From Jimgerdemannia flammicorona (taxonomy: Eukaryota): a stretch of DNA of 47,674 nt. A program made the translations under genes and the position numbers. The stretch is taken from the NCBI GenBank assembly GCA_003990765.1, contig RBNJ01000044.1, positions 1-47,674 of the forward strand. Direction: 5' to 3'. The notes under the pieces were generated by a model. That model was not told the DNA's origin. It did not search any database and worked only from the letters and a program-made list of their open reading frames with translations. Below, piece by piece: positions 25,088 to 38,452 of this stretch (within the stretch, counting starts at the first letter, position 1; every line of letters begins with the position of its first letter).

Positions 25088-28000
25088 AGAAATCAAAGAA
25101 TCTGATGAAGAGGAATGAGAGGCCTATCCTGCTCAGACCACCAAGAAGGATGCTTGCAAAGAACCCTACAAGAGACCACCAGGAAGACCCAAGAAGAACC
25201 CAGTGAAAAAGCAGATAGAAACCACCACAGAAAGCCAAGCCGAAGAGATGGACCAAGATATCAAGCTGGAGCAAGCAGTTCAAGATATCATCCAAGGAAC
25301 TACTTCAGCCAGTGAAGGAGAAAAAGAAAAGAAGCTTCACAAGACCAAGACCTTCAAGTATGATATCTTCAAGGATCTCAGTCAACAAAAGGTCAATGCA
25401 ACCTTTGGTCAGCTTGCAGAAATCCCAACATTCAGACAGCAAATGAGGTTTGAACTTACCGAAACAACTAAGGAATAGGGATGGAAGATAACTGAGACCA
25501 ATAACATTCAAGAGGACTCAGGAGAAGAAAGTGAGGACAATTGCAAAACCTCTGCTTATGCAATATGCCAAATCGAAGATAGAATCTTTGAAGCCATCAT
25601 TGATATGGGAGCAGGAGGGTGTCTCCTCAGTAAGAAGGCAGCAGACCGCCTAGGTTGGGATGTGAAAGAAGCAACTAAGCTGGTATTTGTCACAGCTGAT
25701 AGCACAAGAGCCACACCTCTGGGAAAGATCCAAGATGTTCCTGTTAAGATTGGAGGAGCAACCATCCCAGTAGATGTAATTGTAACCAATGCCACCAACT
25801 ATGACATCCTCATCGGCAATCAATGGCTTCACAAAGCCAAGGCAGTAATCAATCTCAATGCTCAGAAGATACAGATCACCTACCAGAGACAGAAGATATG
25901 AATTCCCATCAATGTCAACAAAGAAGTCCTGCCTGAGATGGAGGAAGAAGAGAGCGAGCAAGAGGAAGCTTATATGGTGACTACTCCAAAGAAGAAGAAA
26001 GTTGAATGGATGAGCGAAGAAGAATGGTGCAAGAAGATCACAGAAGGTTATGCCCCACAAAGAGTCTGTCCTCATGGAATCAAGATGTACTGTATGGAGC
26101 ATATCAATAATTGCTACCAGTACACCATCAGAACCAAGAAGACCTACCAGGAAAGAAGGCAGAAAGCTCTCGACAAACAGATCAGGAAAGAAGAGAAGGA
26201 GGAAGATGACAAACCACCAGCCCTCCTGGAGGACAGTGATGATGAAGAAGAAATCAAGGTCAAGATTCGAAAGATCCACCCTGATACAGTCTTGCCAGAA
26301 TACAAGTCAGAAAATACAGCTGGAATGGACATCGCCACAGTAGTAGAGACTGTACTGGAACCCCAGACAACTACCGTACTCGCAACTGGACTGGAGATGA
26401 CCATCCCAAAGGATCATGTTGGGATTCTCAAGATAAGAAGCAGCCTGGCTAGAAGCGAAATCACAATTGAAGGAGGAGTCATCAATTCAGACTATACTGG
26501 AAAAATTCTACTCATTGCTAGGAACCACAATCCCTTAATCCCATTTCTAGTCAAGAAGAAGGACTGATTGGCACAAATATTGATCTTTCCAATCCTACAA
26601 CCAAAGATCATAGAAGTTAAGAAGCTGGAGGAAACAAAAAGAGGAAAGAAAGAATTTGGATCCACAGGAAGAGGAGTATTCGCCAGCACCAAGATCGCTG
26701 AACTCGAGCATAAGAAGGAGGAAAACACAAGCAAGCACAGCTACACCATCAGAAATGAATTTCCACTCAAGAAAGAACTCAAGGAAATACTCTACAAATT
26801 TGAAGATGTCCTTGCTACAGACTTCAAGGATACAAAGGAAAGACCCCACACTACTATTATGAAGTAGATACTGGAGACACTGAACCAATTTATCAGTAGG
26901 CAAGACCTGTCCCACCAGCCTACCAAGAATGGCTCAGAGAAGAAATCAAGCAGATGGAAGAAGCCAGCTTCATTAAAGAAGCAAGCAGCCCCTGGTCCTC
27001 ACCTGTTGTACTAGCCCTGAAAAAAGGCAGCAAGCCTGGAGAATTTGCCTCAAGACTCTGTGTTGACTACAGAAAGCTCAACATGGTTACCAAGAAGGAT
27101 CGCCAACCACTGCTCCTCATCAATGACATCCTCATAATACTGGGAGACAAAGCACAGTACTATAGCACTGGACTTATACTCAGGATTCTACCAAATCGGA
27201 CTCACAGACATGGCAAGTGAAAAATCAGCTTTCATCACCCCAGACAGAACCTACGTCTACCTATGAATGCCATTTGGAATGTGCAATACACTAGCAAGCT
27301 TTTAGCAAATGATGAACAAAATCTTCCACTATAACATGGGAAGATGGATGATGGTCTATGTTGATGATGTAATCATCTACAGCCAGACACCAGAAGAACA
27401 CCTACAGCATATCCAGTAGATAATGGAAAGACTGAGAAAGCATGGCCTATACATCAAGCCCAAAAAATGCAAATTTGCAGAAATTGAGATCTCCTATCTC
27501 GGCCACATCATCAACCAAGAAGGAACATACACAGACCCCCTCAAGATATAAGCAGTGGCAGCATACCCAAGACCCACCACTGTTACAGAAGCCCAAGCCT
27601 TCATGGGACTTGCCTCCTATTATTGCAGATTTATTAGAGGATTTTCTAATATTGTGGGACCAATCTACAAACTTAACAAGAAGGATACCAAGTTCCAGTG
27701 GACTGGCAGACAACAAAAAGCATTTGATGAACTCAAGGTCAGACTGACCCAGGCATCCATCCTCAGAAGACCTGACTGGACTCAAGAATTCATCTTATAG
27801 ACTGATATGTACAAGTGCACAAGGACTAGGAGTAGTTCTAGCTCAAAAGAAAGATAAAGTGGAGTATGTCATCACATACCTCAGCCACAGAACCCGAGGA
27901 GCTAAAAAAGAATATAAATCCTACAAGTTGGAATGCCTCACAGTCATCTGGGCCATAGAAATATTCCACTACTACTTGGCTGGAAGACACTTCACCATCC

Positions 28001-29381
28001 AAACAGACCACTCAGCTCTTACATATCTGGCTACTGACAACTGGACAACCCAAAGGAATCTATGCCAGATGGATAATGAAGTTGCAAGCTTATGATGTAA
28101 CCATTGTTCACTGCTCTGGAAGAACCAATGCCAATGCAGATGCCCTCTCACGGACACCCTGAACTACTTTCAACCAATAAATCAATCATGAATAAGGAGC
28201 TCTACTATGGAATCATCACATACCTGGGACAGAAATAGATGCCCCAACATCTGGAAGAATGGATATAAACAATTATCAACAGAACATGGAAACAATTTGA
28301 AACTGATGGAGAAACACTAAAGAAAGGAAAACTACTAGTTATACCAGAATACAAGAAGGAGCAAGTGATGAAATCAGTATACAAACTTGGCCATCTAGGA
28401 GGAACAAATATATATGACAAAGCAAGAAGAACAATATGGTGGCCAGGGATGGAGGAAGATATCAGACAATTCGCCAAGACCTGCGACAAATGCCAGAAAC
28501 AGAAATAAGACCAACGAAATCAAGCCCCAGGATTAGCACACATAGAACGAGTATCTTTCGCCCACATTACAATGGATGTAATCAGCCCTCTACCCTTGAC
28601 TTTTACTGGCAACTGATACATCATTGTCATCATAGACCTTTTTACAAAATAGATAGAAGCAGGACCTCTTATGGAAGCCAATGCACAGTCAATCGCTGAT
28701 TTCTTTCACAAAGAAATCATCTGTCAGTTCAAGACCCCAACACAAGTAACTACAGATAGAGGAATGGAATTTGTGAACCAGTTCTTTGAAGTTCTCTACA
28801 AGAAGTACAAGATCCAGCATATCTGGACCACAGCATATCATTCACAAGGAAATGGACAAGTAGAAAGGACCAACAAAACTCTCAAGAATATTATTGCCAA
28901 GATCTGCAATAACTATGAGAACTGGGATCACTATCTGCCAATAGCATTATCTGCTCTCCAGGATATCCGATCACAAAGTACCCACTTTACCCCTCGAGAA
29001 ATGCTGTTTGGAGAAGAATGTTCTCAGGGAACCCTATCTTCCAATAGAGATGCCATATGGAAACATGTGGACATGGAAATATGGAGACTACACCAAATCA
29101 GGAAGAAGGCTGAGGATTACATATCCAAGGTGCAGACACTACAATGGAGGAATGCGGAAAAGACCCACAAACTCTTGGAGATTATCAAGATAGGAGACAA
29201 AGTTCTGGTGTATCGGAATATGGTAGAAGCTTCATGGTCACGAAAACTGGAGCCCAAGTGGGAAGGACCTTACCTTGTGCAAGATATAAAAGGGACCACC
29301 TTTTGGCTACGAAAACCCTCAGGCATAATAATTCCCACTACCATTCACCGAAACTGACTCAAGAAATATCATGGCCAGTAA
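25083..29381 (+). pseudogene. pol: pol (protease, dUTPase, RT, RNase H, integrase; no chromodomain seen)
   Basis: AIIDMGAG and DILIGNQWL (protease); SPWSSPVV, RLCVDYRKLN, MPFG, VYVDD (RT); TDHSAL (RNase H); TDRGMEF, QGNGQVER, KLEPKWEGPY (integrase). Confidence 0.95.
26253..26669 (+). pseudogene. dut: Trimeric-type dUTPase domain within pol
   Basis: All five motifs recognisable: AGMDI, RSSLA, GGVINSDYTG, D*LAQ (CGA to TGA), RGKKEFGSTG. In frame with the protease. Confidence 0.93.
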
Positions 29382-29832
29382 CAAAAGTACTGCAATGGCA
29401 CTTAAGATCACTAGTGCTGCCCAAAGAGCCATTGAGAGACAATGGTGCATCACCAAGCCTCTGACCATAGAGGAGTCTTATGATAGTATCCAAAGCATCA
29501 TACAGACTCATCTCTCTCAAATCTCACACTTCAAGGCCTAACAGTATCAAAATGAATTCCAAGAGTACTTCAAACTTGGCCAAGTACTCAACTAAGACCC
29601 AGAAATGACCAAAGAAAATTGGATAGCAGAATGCCAGCTCTCCTATTCCCAGATCATCATTGCTAAGAGAATCCACAAGCTATTCCGAGAGGATAAACCA
29701 GCACTAGCCCACCTGCGAGGAGTGACTCCCTCAGATTTCAACTGAGTCAGGCGACACCATTGGGAAACAGTAATGCAACAAATCGCACAATATAAGACCA
29801 TACAGACCTTTGAAGCCTGGGAGTTTGAATAG
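29371..29832 (+). pseudogene. Accessory ORF3 (about 153 aa) between integrase and the 3' LTR
   Basis: ATG overlaps the end of pol. One frame, MASNKSTAMALK...QEYFKLGQVL...IAKRIHKLF...FEAWEFE*, with three stops each explicable by a single C-to-T change. Confidence 0.75.
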
Positions 29833-29869
29833 ATACTTTAAGAATAAGATCATCTATTCAGAAGGCAGT

Positions 29870-30335
29870 TATGACAGTATAGCCAGATTTGGAAGAAGGA
29901 AATAGAGAATAGATACTTGATCACACCCAGTCTCAAAGTAGTATAGCCACATAGTTAGCAGTCCTCAATTCTGCTATTTGCTAAATATTTTGCAAAGTGC
30001 AAGATCAAGCTTCTCAATTTAGTATAGCATTTCGCAACTGGTGAAATATTTTGCAAAGTGTTAAATGACTCATAACTTAGCCATGTAACTCAGTAATCAT
30101 CTCATAGCTAGCAAACTTGTATAAATAACTCAGTATCTTCAAGTGAATAAACCTCAGATTGAAATAGTTTAAGTAAAGAGATAGCAAAGGAACTAGTAAG
30201 CCTGCAGGCAGATACACTTCGAACTCACCCACCCTCCCCTACAACTTCAAGAGACTCTGTGAGAGTCAGAACAGTCAAGTTTTCAAGATAGAGAAATCCG
30301 ATATACTTTCAAGAGTAAGTGTCTGCTACGTTACA
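29870..30335 (+). repeat. 3' LTR (466 bp)
   Basis: TA...CA ends (TG mutated to TA); direct repeat of 23619-24082. Confidence 0.95.
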
Positions 30336-30339
30336 CTAT

Positions 30340-33300
30340 ATAGGATAGTTTCAGAATAATTATACTTCTCTTTTTTAGAATTTTTAGAAGTATGACTGTC
30401 CTTCTGAAATTTCATTGAAATTTTCATTATATATACCAGATATCTGTATTGAGTTACTGCTTTTTCTATATTTAGTAAAAGATTGTCTTCTTTTTCTCAA
30501 GGAGTATCATACTCAAAGTATTCCTTCCATCTTATGGAATAGTATTAGATAGACTTGGCAGCTAATCTAAATTAGTAATTCTTGTAATCCAGAATATGAT
30601 CTACCTTATATTTTAATTACTGATCAATAATTACTAGATCTAGAGATAGTATAGTTCTTCTTTCTAAGATATTCAAACTATATAACTGAAGTTGAGAAAT
30701 ATAGAACATTGAGTGAATTCTTTTTAATATTGCTGGAAGTATCTTGAGCTCCTTTTAAGTTTTATCAGTTCTCTTATCTCAGTTCTAAAAAACAATAGAA
30801 CCTATCTTTAATAGATCTAAATATATTAAGAAAACCTCATCTTGGTAGAATATCTATTATAGACTTACCAACTACAGACCTACTATATAATTGGTCAAAT
30901 ACTATAAGACCTCAGAATAGACTTATATTTGTATAATACTAGCCTATTCCAAAGAAACACTCTTGCTGTAGTCAGACTTTATACTATCTATAAATACAAT
31001 ATTATAGCTCTGATCTGGACCCTATTCTCTCCAAATAACTTCCAGAGAATGATTATATATATCTACCTATCTGAGCAGTATCAATCATATTGAAGTCCTA
31101 TTCTCTAAGAAAGAAGAAGAGTTACTAAAATAGAGTAATTCAGATACTAGAGAAGATAATGGTACAGATATAGATATAGAAGATCTCAATAGATACTATA
31201 ATGATGACTAAAGGATAGTCTGAAGACAGACTATACTTTAGTGAAGCTAATGTAATAAGTGAATAACATAGTTATCTATATCTAGTTATTTATATATATT
31301 ACTACTTATATATATAATTAGTCAAAAGTACTAAATCAGATATATTAATCTATATTCTAAGAATACATCTGTATTCATCAAATATACCTATATCTACCAG
31401 ATATATCTGTGTTCTGTAAATATACCTAGTCACTCACTTCTCTATATATTATTATTATATATTCTATAGTTAGCTATATAGTAATTAAATAGTAACTATA
31501 ACTATATAAAATACTTCAGAGATAAGAGTTAATAAACCTCAGTCTTAAAAGTCTGCCTACTATACTTTGAGGGATATATCTACTAAAAGTCCCTTAATCT
31601 AAAAATAATTCCAATACTTAAGAGAAATATCTACTCTAAAATTACTTTTAGAAAATTGTGAGCTTGATATTCTTTTTCACTCTGGTCTACTTCTCAATAT
31701 AAAGAAGTTTACTATATTTTTGATCCATTTATCAGATTAAGCCAGAAGTCTGTTATATTTTAAATCTATATTAAGTAAGGCAGCTAGAGGATTAGCACTC
31801 AGACCCAGCAGTGGGTCTAGATGAACTTAGAGTCCCTGTATTGGGAGAGGAGATCTGTCAGGTTTTGGCAGCAACAAGTCTGGAGACAGCTCCAAAGGAA
31901 GATAGATTTCTATGGAATTTTTGAAATTGGATGGTTGTTATAGAGGTTATACTGGAGGAGATGATATAAATATATAATGAATTTATTGGCTCAGAGATCT
32001 GGATTGGAGGGCAGCACTTGGAGCTTATGGCTCTGTTGTACAAGAACAAGAAGAGCAGAGAGAATTGGAAGAACTGGAGGCTGATCATACTTCTGAATAT
32101 AGATTGTAAGTTAGTGATAAGATTTTGATGGTCAGGTTGCAAGAGATGGCTCAGCAGAGTATTAGAGATTGAGCAGAGGGTCTTTGTCAGAGATTATTTA
32201 ATATATGATAGGATCGCTTGGGTCTATAGTATCATTGAGGGAGCTCACACTACTAGGGTTGATAGTTAACTAGTATTTCTGGACCAAGAAAAGGCTTATG
32301 ATAGAGTTAGATATATATGGCTGGAGGGGGTGTTGAAGCAAATAGGTATTCCCCAAGAGTTTAGGAAATTACTGATTAGTTTATTAGAGGGAAGTCAGGT
32401 GGCTATTATAGTGAATAGATATAGAGGAGAGTCATTTCCTCTAGGCAGAGAAGTGCTATAGAGAGATCCACTGTTATCAATTCTTTATATCCTCTCATTG
32501 GAGCCATTTTTGGATAAAATATAGTACTGAGTTAGGAGGTTGAACATTCTAGGAGTGAACTGGAAGGTGGGGGCCTTTGCTGATGATATGGTTGTCAGGC
32601 TGAGCTCTGTAGAGGATATGGCAGTACTGAAGAGTATAGTGGAATAGTAGGAGAGGATGTGATTGAGACAGTTGTCCCAATAGAAAAAGTAGTCCATTAT
32701 CTGGAGATCTATTTTTCAGTATATAGTTCTCTATTACATATCTCAGAGATAATAGAAACAGATGCTATTTGAGTAGGAGGATGCTCTCTTAAGATAGAGT
32801 GGCTAATATATCTCTCTGGTGGAAAGAGTGATAGTGTTGAATATATATTGTCTGTCTAAGCTATAGTATATGGAGTATTACTTGGACTTCTGTATTAACT
32901 AAGTTATTTGATATTTTTGAATAATCTATATCATCTGAGTTATCTGCCTAATAAAAAAGTCTGCCAAATTATCCATATAATATTAAGATCAAGAGTGTTA
33001 TATAGATAATTGCATTCTTTTGAAAACAGATCATTATGTAGAAATTGCATATATAAAGAAGCTGCTTATACTATTAAGAATTATTGACTACTATCTAAGA
33101 AGAAAACTGTTAAAATTATCAAATTGCTGCTATATTTAAAAATCTATCTTAATAAAGAAATTGTCTGAATTATCCATATTATATAAATTTGCACAAGAAA
33201 TCATTAAATATATTATTACTTTTGACAAAATAACTAGAGGCTCAAGCCAATCTATATAGCAGTTTCAATCTTATAATCTATCTTTATTGAGCTGATATAT

Positions 33301-34080
33301 TATAATATAAAGAGAATTTGATTAAATAAGTTAGAAAGAATAATATTGAGTATTTATTATAAATAGCTTTATTATTTAAATTTTTATTATTTAGAAATTA
33401 TTAAAAAATTTATTTATAAATTTATAGCTCTATATAATTATTTAAATTATATAAATATAACTAATACTTTTTAGAAGTTCTAAACAAATTTTATTTTTGA
33501 TTATATATATATATTATAAATTTAATAGTATTTATTTTTGGATCTCAATATTTATAAAGGTCAATAAAACTTTAATATACTTTTGCCCCTTACTATATAT
33601 AAGTAAGTTAAAAATATTACTATGTTTAAAAAAGATAATAGTATACTATACATAATTATTATAATAATAATAACCAAATTGAAAACAATATATATATTTT
33701 ATATTTATGATGGAATTACTTTAAAAATAGTAATAAGATAACTTCAGATAATGATAAAGTAGTAGGTATACTAGGTAATAATAATAATAATATATACAGA
33801 CATATATATATAATGAAATACTAAGAACGGAATACAGTGTAATAAGTAAAAAATAGAGAAAGTAATTGTAGTAGCTAAAATAGATATCAAAGGTGAGATA
33901 GGAGTATTATCTATAGTATTAAAGTATATGAATTAATATAACTATCAAATCATTTAAATCAAATTGCTCAACTATCTCTATATATGAATTACAGCATAAT
34001 ATATTTAAGGGTCCTCTAGAAGTATTACAGAAACTGTCTAGATCAGAAAGTCAAAAAGAGTCTGGCATTGTAGGGCACCA
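30340..34080. mobile_element. AT-rich degenerate transposon block
   Basis: Nearly CpG-free and TA-rich; includes the LINE RT fragment. Confidence 0.6.
31780..32890 (+). mobile_element. L1/Tx1-like LINE reverse transcriptase fragment
   Basis: Manual translation: NWRLIILLNIDCK, FLDQEKAYDRV, L*RDPLLSILYILSLEPFL (decayed QGDPLSP), AFADD. Confidence 0.88.
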
Positions 34081-35046
34081 TCTATTTCATTATAAATTTC
34101 TTTTGTCTGCTTAGATTGGCCGCCTTAGACGCCGTAAGATATCCAACTGCTTACAGTCAACTCTCCTGAGCTTGGGATCTACTCTCTATATTTCATGAGC
34201 AATAGTTTTCGTAGTCCCATCAATATAATAGTCGCATGCGGAATAGCTGGGACACGACAATGCGAGCCTGCGTAATATCCTTTATAGTTACAGGATGCGC
34301 AACGAAATTACTCGCTGGCCACGATACATTATTCTATTGGTGCTTTTGGCTAACACCCTCTGGGTCTATTCTCTATGTAATCGCTGGGACAATTCACGTG
34401 AGGGCGCTGAAAGCAACGAATATCAAATGTTAAAACGTTTTTTTATTTTATTTTATTTTTTGCCAAATAATTCTGGCGGGATTATCAGGAGCCACACTCA
34501 AGCTCTCGCCATTCGACTTGAAATGGTACATTCTCCTATGCTCCTGAATGAGATTGAATTATCGTGGCGGATAATCATGAACATATCGCGGTGTCTAGGC
34601 GCCGTGGCAGGAGTCTAAGGTCATTTTATCTCATACTATAGTATTCTTTGGACCCAGTGATGAGTAGAGTGCTAGCGATTGGGCGCCACTCCCTTCCAAC
34701 TGGTGACCAAAGTGGAGTGGTAGCGCTATGCCTCAATGCATAGGATTGTCTGGGGGACATGGATCCCGTCCGCAAAGTGTAGTTGAAAAATGTCTACGAA
34801 CTAGTTTCTTAAAATATAGTTTATTAAAATATAGTTTATTAAAATATTTACAGTCGACCCTTCGTTTTCCGTAACTACGAAGCCTAAAGCACGGAAAATA
34901 TGCACAAGTTCGTGGTGCATACATGTTTCTCGGAAATTCGTGTTCCGGTCTACGAAACGTCGAATCTTCCATGAAAAAGGGCATACACTGTGTGCCAATC
35001 GCGTCGTATCCAAGGCTAACTAAATGCTGAACAGATCGTACATGAA

Positions 35047-37423
35047 CTACTCTTCCGGCCCTTCTTCCTTCGTTTTTTCCAACACCAGCGGTGCTTCCCT
35101 GAAAAAGGATAGAATTGTCCTACGCCTGTTAGAGTCAACCGGATTCTTCGTCTCGAGCGTGAACCCATAAGCGTGTTCGCCCATTTGCGCCAGATCCGTG
35201 CCAAGCTCCTCCTCGCCTTGCCTGAGACGAAGGTGAAGGCCGGGGATTTTGTCCATGATCCAGAGGATGGCGTAGCTGATTCCAAAAAGAAAGGTGGTCA
35301 ACAACAGATACCACACGCACGATAAAAAAATGTCACGATTGTGCCACACTTACGTTATGAAGAAGGACCAGCCCGAGACGGTGCCGATGGCAGCAAATTG
35401 AATGAGGATCTGAATGCACTGGCCGTCGAGGCAGCCGCCGGACGGGACGACGTCTCCAGGATTATAGGACAGACCGATGATGGCCCGCTCCGCAAAGATG
35501 CCTGTGATGGTTAGACCGACAAAGCCGCCAACGTAGTGAACTGGAGGGGAGGCGTAATTCGGAAACCCAACCAAATTGCATATTGTTAGACGGTGTGTAT
35601 TAAAGGAAATGCATCACACTGCGTCGGCCCAACTTACTGGCGAAAACATCCAACGCGTCGTCGAACTCGAATCTCTTCTTGCACGCGACCGCAAAGTTGC
35701 ATACGACGGCACCGACGAAACCGAACACGAGCGAGCTGGACGTACTGACGAACCCGGCTCCTGGAGTGATAGTCGCCAGTCCTGCGACAGCTCCAGTGCA
35801 GAAGCCGACGATCGACCACTTGCGCGTCCGGCCCCAGTCGATGAGGACCCACGTCATACCCCTGAGTTCACGATTTCGAAATGGTTAGGACGCCTTGGGT
35901 GATCAGCTACGGCTGTGCACGATATGCAGGATAATGTAGCAGGTGAAACACGACATACCCGACGCAACCCGACATGTGTGTGTTGATCAGGGCTTGGACG
36001 CTGCGAGCGTTGGCAGCCAGAGCGCTTCCACCGTTGAAGCCGAACCATCCAAACCTTATGCGCAAGGATGAGAATCGAAAATAAATTCGATGTTTTATAA
36101 GTGTCGTTTGCGACAATGACTAACGGCAATAAATAAATAAATAAATAAATAATAAAACCAACCAGAGAAGCGCTAGGCCGAGGAACACGAAGGAGACGTT
36201 GTGGGGAGTATGGTTGCTGGACCCGGCGTCCTTGCGTTTGCCAAGAACCAAAGCATATGCGACTGACATCCGATGCAGGAAAAAAAAAAGAACACTTATT
36301 ATATAATCTGTGCTACGATTCAAACAAAGCGTTATTTCAGGTAGTAGCAGAAGCTCACCGGCAGCGGCGCCGCTCGCAATGTGCACGGGAGTGCCACCGG
36401 CATAATCCATAACGCCGAGGAGGGCTAACCAGCCGTGCGGGCCCCACACCCAGCAGGTGACAATGTCTGTGAGCGAGCATGAATAGTTGGGTAGAGGTCA
36501 GGTCATTTACTATATTGAAAAACCAAAGTTGCTTGTGTGCCCAAAAATTTACTTCTTTTTTAATACAAACCATAAACCAACGTGGACCACACGAACAAGA
36601 AGACAATGGCCGAACCCAGCGACGTACGCTCAGCGGCGGCACCGAACGCGAGCGCTGGGGTGATGCAAGCAAACATCATCTGGAAGACCATGAAGACGGA
36701 TGCCGGGATGGTAGGAGCGCTAACGTATGGGTCCCGGCCGACGCCGCGAAGGACCACGTGAGCTTTTGAAGGTAGGTAACGTAGGTTGCGACCAGTTTTA
36801 TTACAAAGTGTCAAACATAAAATAATGAGGTATCAAATAATATAATAAAATAAAATTATTAAAATACCAAAATCGCCGATGAAGTAAGATCCGGATTCAG
36901 AGAAAGTCAGGCTGTAGCCAAAGAGATACCACTAGGTCCCACGATAGGTAAACAAGAAATATGGTTAGTATTTTTTCCGTATGGAGACACCCGCTCTCAG
37001 AACCTACGGGAAGAGGCGTACAAGTCCTCACCTGGAGCGAAACCACGCCAACACTCAGGACCGTGAGGTACATGAGTGAGAGTGCATTTTTTGTCCTGGC
37101 GAGTCCAGCGTAGAAGAAACCCAGTCCGGGGCACTATCGTGAGGCGATGAGTACAGAAAGTTAGATTTGCTTGTCAAACAACACTGCGCGAACTGCAGGA
37201 GGACAACAATTTTCAATTGTCATGCCTACCATCAGGAACACGAGGGCCGTGCTGACCTATATAACGGCAGACGCAAAAAGGGGGAGGAGTGGGGGTTGAT
37301 AGGTTACTCATCATTTTCTTCATACACGTCTCCAACACTCAATCCAGTAAACAACCCATCACTCACGATAGTCCATGAGACATCGCCGTCGTTGATTGCT
37401 ATCTGTGTTGTCGAATTAGACAT
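35047..37423 (-). CDS. Ammonium transporter (Amt/MEP family), multi-exon
   Basis: MSNSTT...TALVFLMCPGLGFFYAGLARTKNAL; FQMMFACITPAL; DYAGGTPVHIASG; FGWFGFNGGS; GLATITPGAG; DDALDVFA/VHYVGG. Both conserved His residues present; short introns. Confidence 0.96.
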
Positions 37424-38353
37424 GAGAAGAAATGTTCGCCAAGAGGTCAAGGAGTAAAATTCAAATACGAAACTTGAATATTATATATTTGCTTCTCGCT
37501 GTCCTGTTTTTTATAAGGCTATCTGAACCCAATCCGTCGTACCCAATTCGGAATTGGCCGCATTTGTGTGATAAGACCCTTACCGGAGATTATCTTCCCT
37601 ACATTTTGGTGCTACGTGACGGCGGTCACTCGTCGCCTCGATAATTCCCACGTTGTCTACGATAATTATTTTCGCCGCGGTTCGCCCTGCCATTTTCGGA
37701 AATCCATCCAGTAACCCCACGGGGAGCAGAAAACCACGTACACAGTATGCTGAACCTTCCAGGCATACCTTGTTATCTACCATCGCTACGGCGCAAATTG
37801 TGTGTGACAAGAGTGGTCTCCAAAGTTATTATTTCTCTGATTGTGTCTTGGTTGGAGGTCACGTGTAGGAACCGTGCTATATAGTAGTATAAGTTGAGGT
37901 ATCCTGGTAGCAGGTTTTTTTTTTTTTTTTTTTTTTTTTCTAAAGCGGCACTGCGCATGTCCGCGCTGTGGGATGGGCTCCAGGGGTGAGGAAAATTTGA
38001 TGCGGGGAAATGATTTGGTCAAAAGGACTATCGAAGCATGAGAATCTCACATATCTTACATTGATCTAAGGTACCGTTGTGCTTTGACGCAATTGTGGAA
38101 TAATGCGCCCAACGTCACACCGAATAAGCAAATTGTGAAGACTTGTGCTAATTGAGTTTAATTCAAGACAACAATAATATGTTACGGAGATGTTCGGTTG
38201 GATTACCCATACACTTCACACCCCGTTTCCCACGCAAATATACTGTAGAGGACAACACGCTTTACAACCGTGCCACATTTCCGCTTCTGGACTTCTCCGT
38301 ACTACGTCTTACCAATAAATAGCCGCCCTCCTATCATTATAAGCCCATCCGTC

Positions 38354-38439
38354 GGCAATCACCCGACGTCCACATTAAACAGGTAATGTCCCGTACGTCC
38401 ACATTAAACGGGCAATGACCCGTACGTCCACATTGAACG
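38354..38439. repeat. 29-bp tandem repeat, 3 copies
   Basis: ggcaatgacccgtacgtccacattaaacg-like unit; acgtccacatt core at 38366, 38395, 38424. Confidence 0.85.
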
Positions 38440-38452
38440 TTTTCTTATCTTT

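Larger units (their letters stand above)
23619..30335 (+). mobile_element. Full-length but inactivated Ty3/Gypsy LTR retrotransposon (gag, PR, dUTPase, RT, RNase H, IN, ORF3)
   Basis: Direct LTRs, CTAT target-site duplication (23615-23618 and 30336-30339), domain order PR-RT-RH-IN, many stops and frameshifts. Confidence 0.97.

Noticed and set aside
24332-28489. Long minus-strand ORFs inside the Gypsy element
   Set aside because: Antisense shadows of the A-rich gag-pol frame with no independent motifs.
34090-34620. Possible other half of the gene cut by the LINE at 21195
   Set aside because: No continuous frame or target-site duplication links the two sides.
38354-38439. 29-bp repeats as a possible CRISPR or iteron array
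   Set aside because: Simple head-to-tail minisatellite without spacers.
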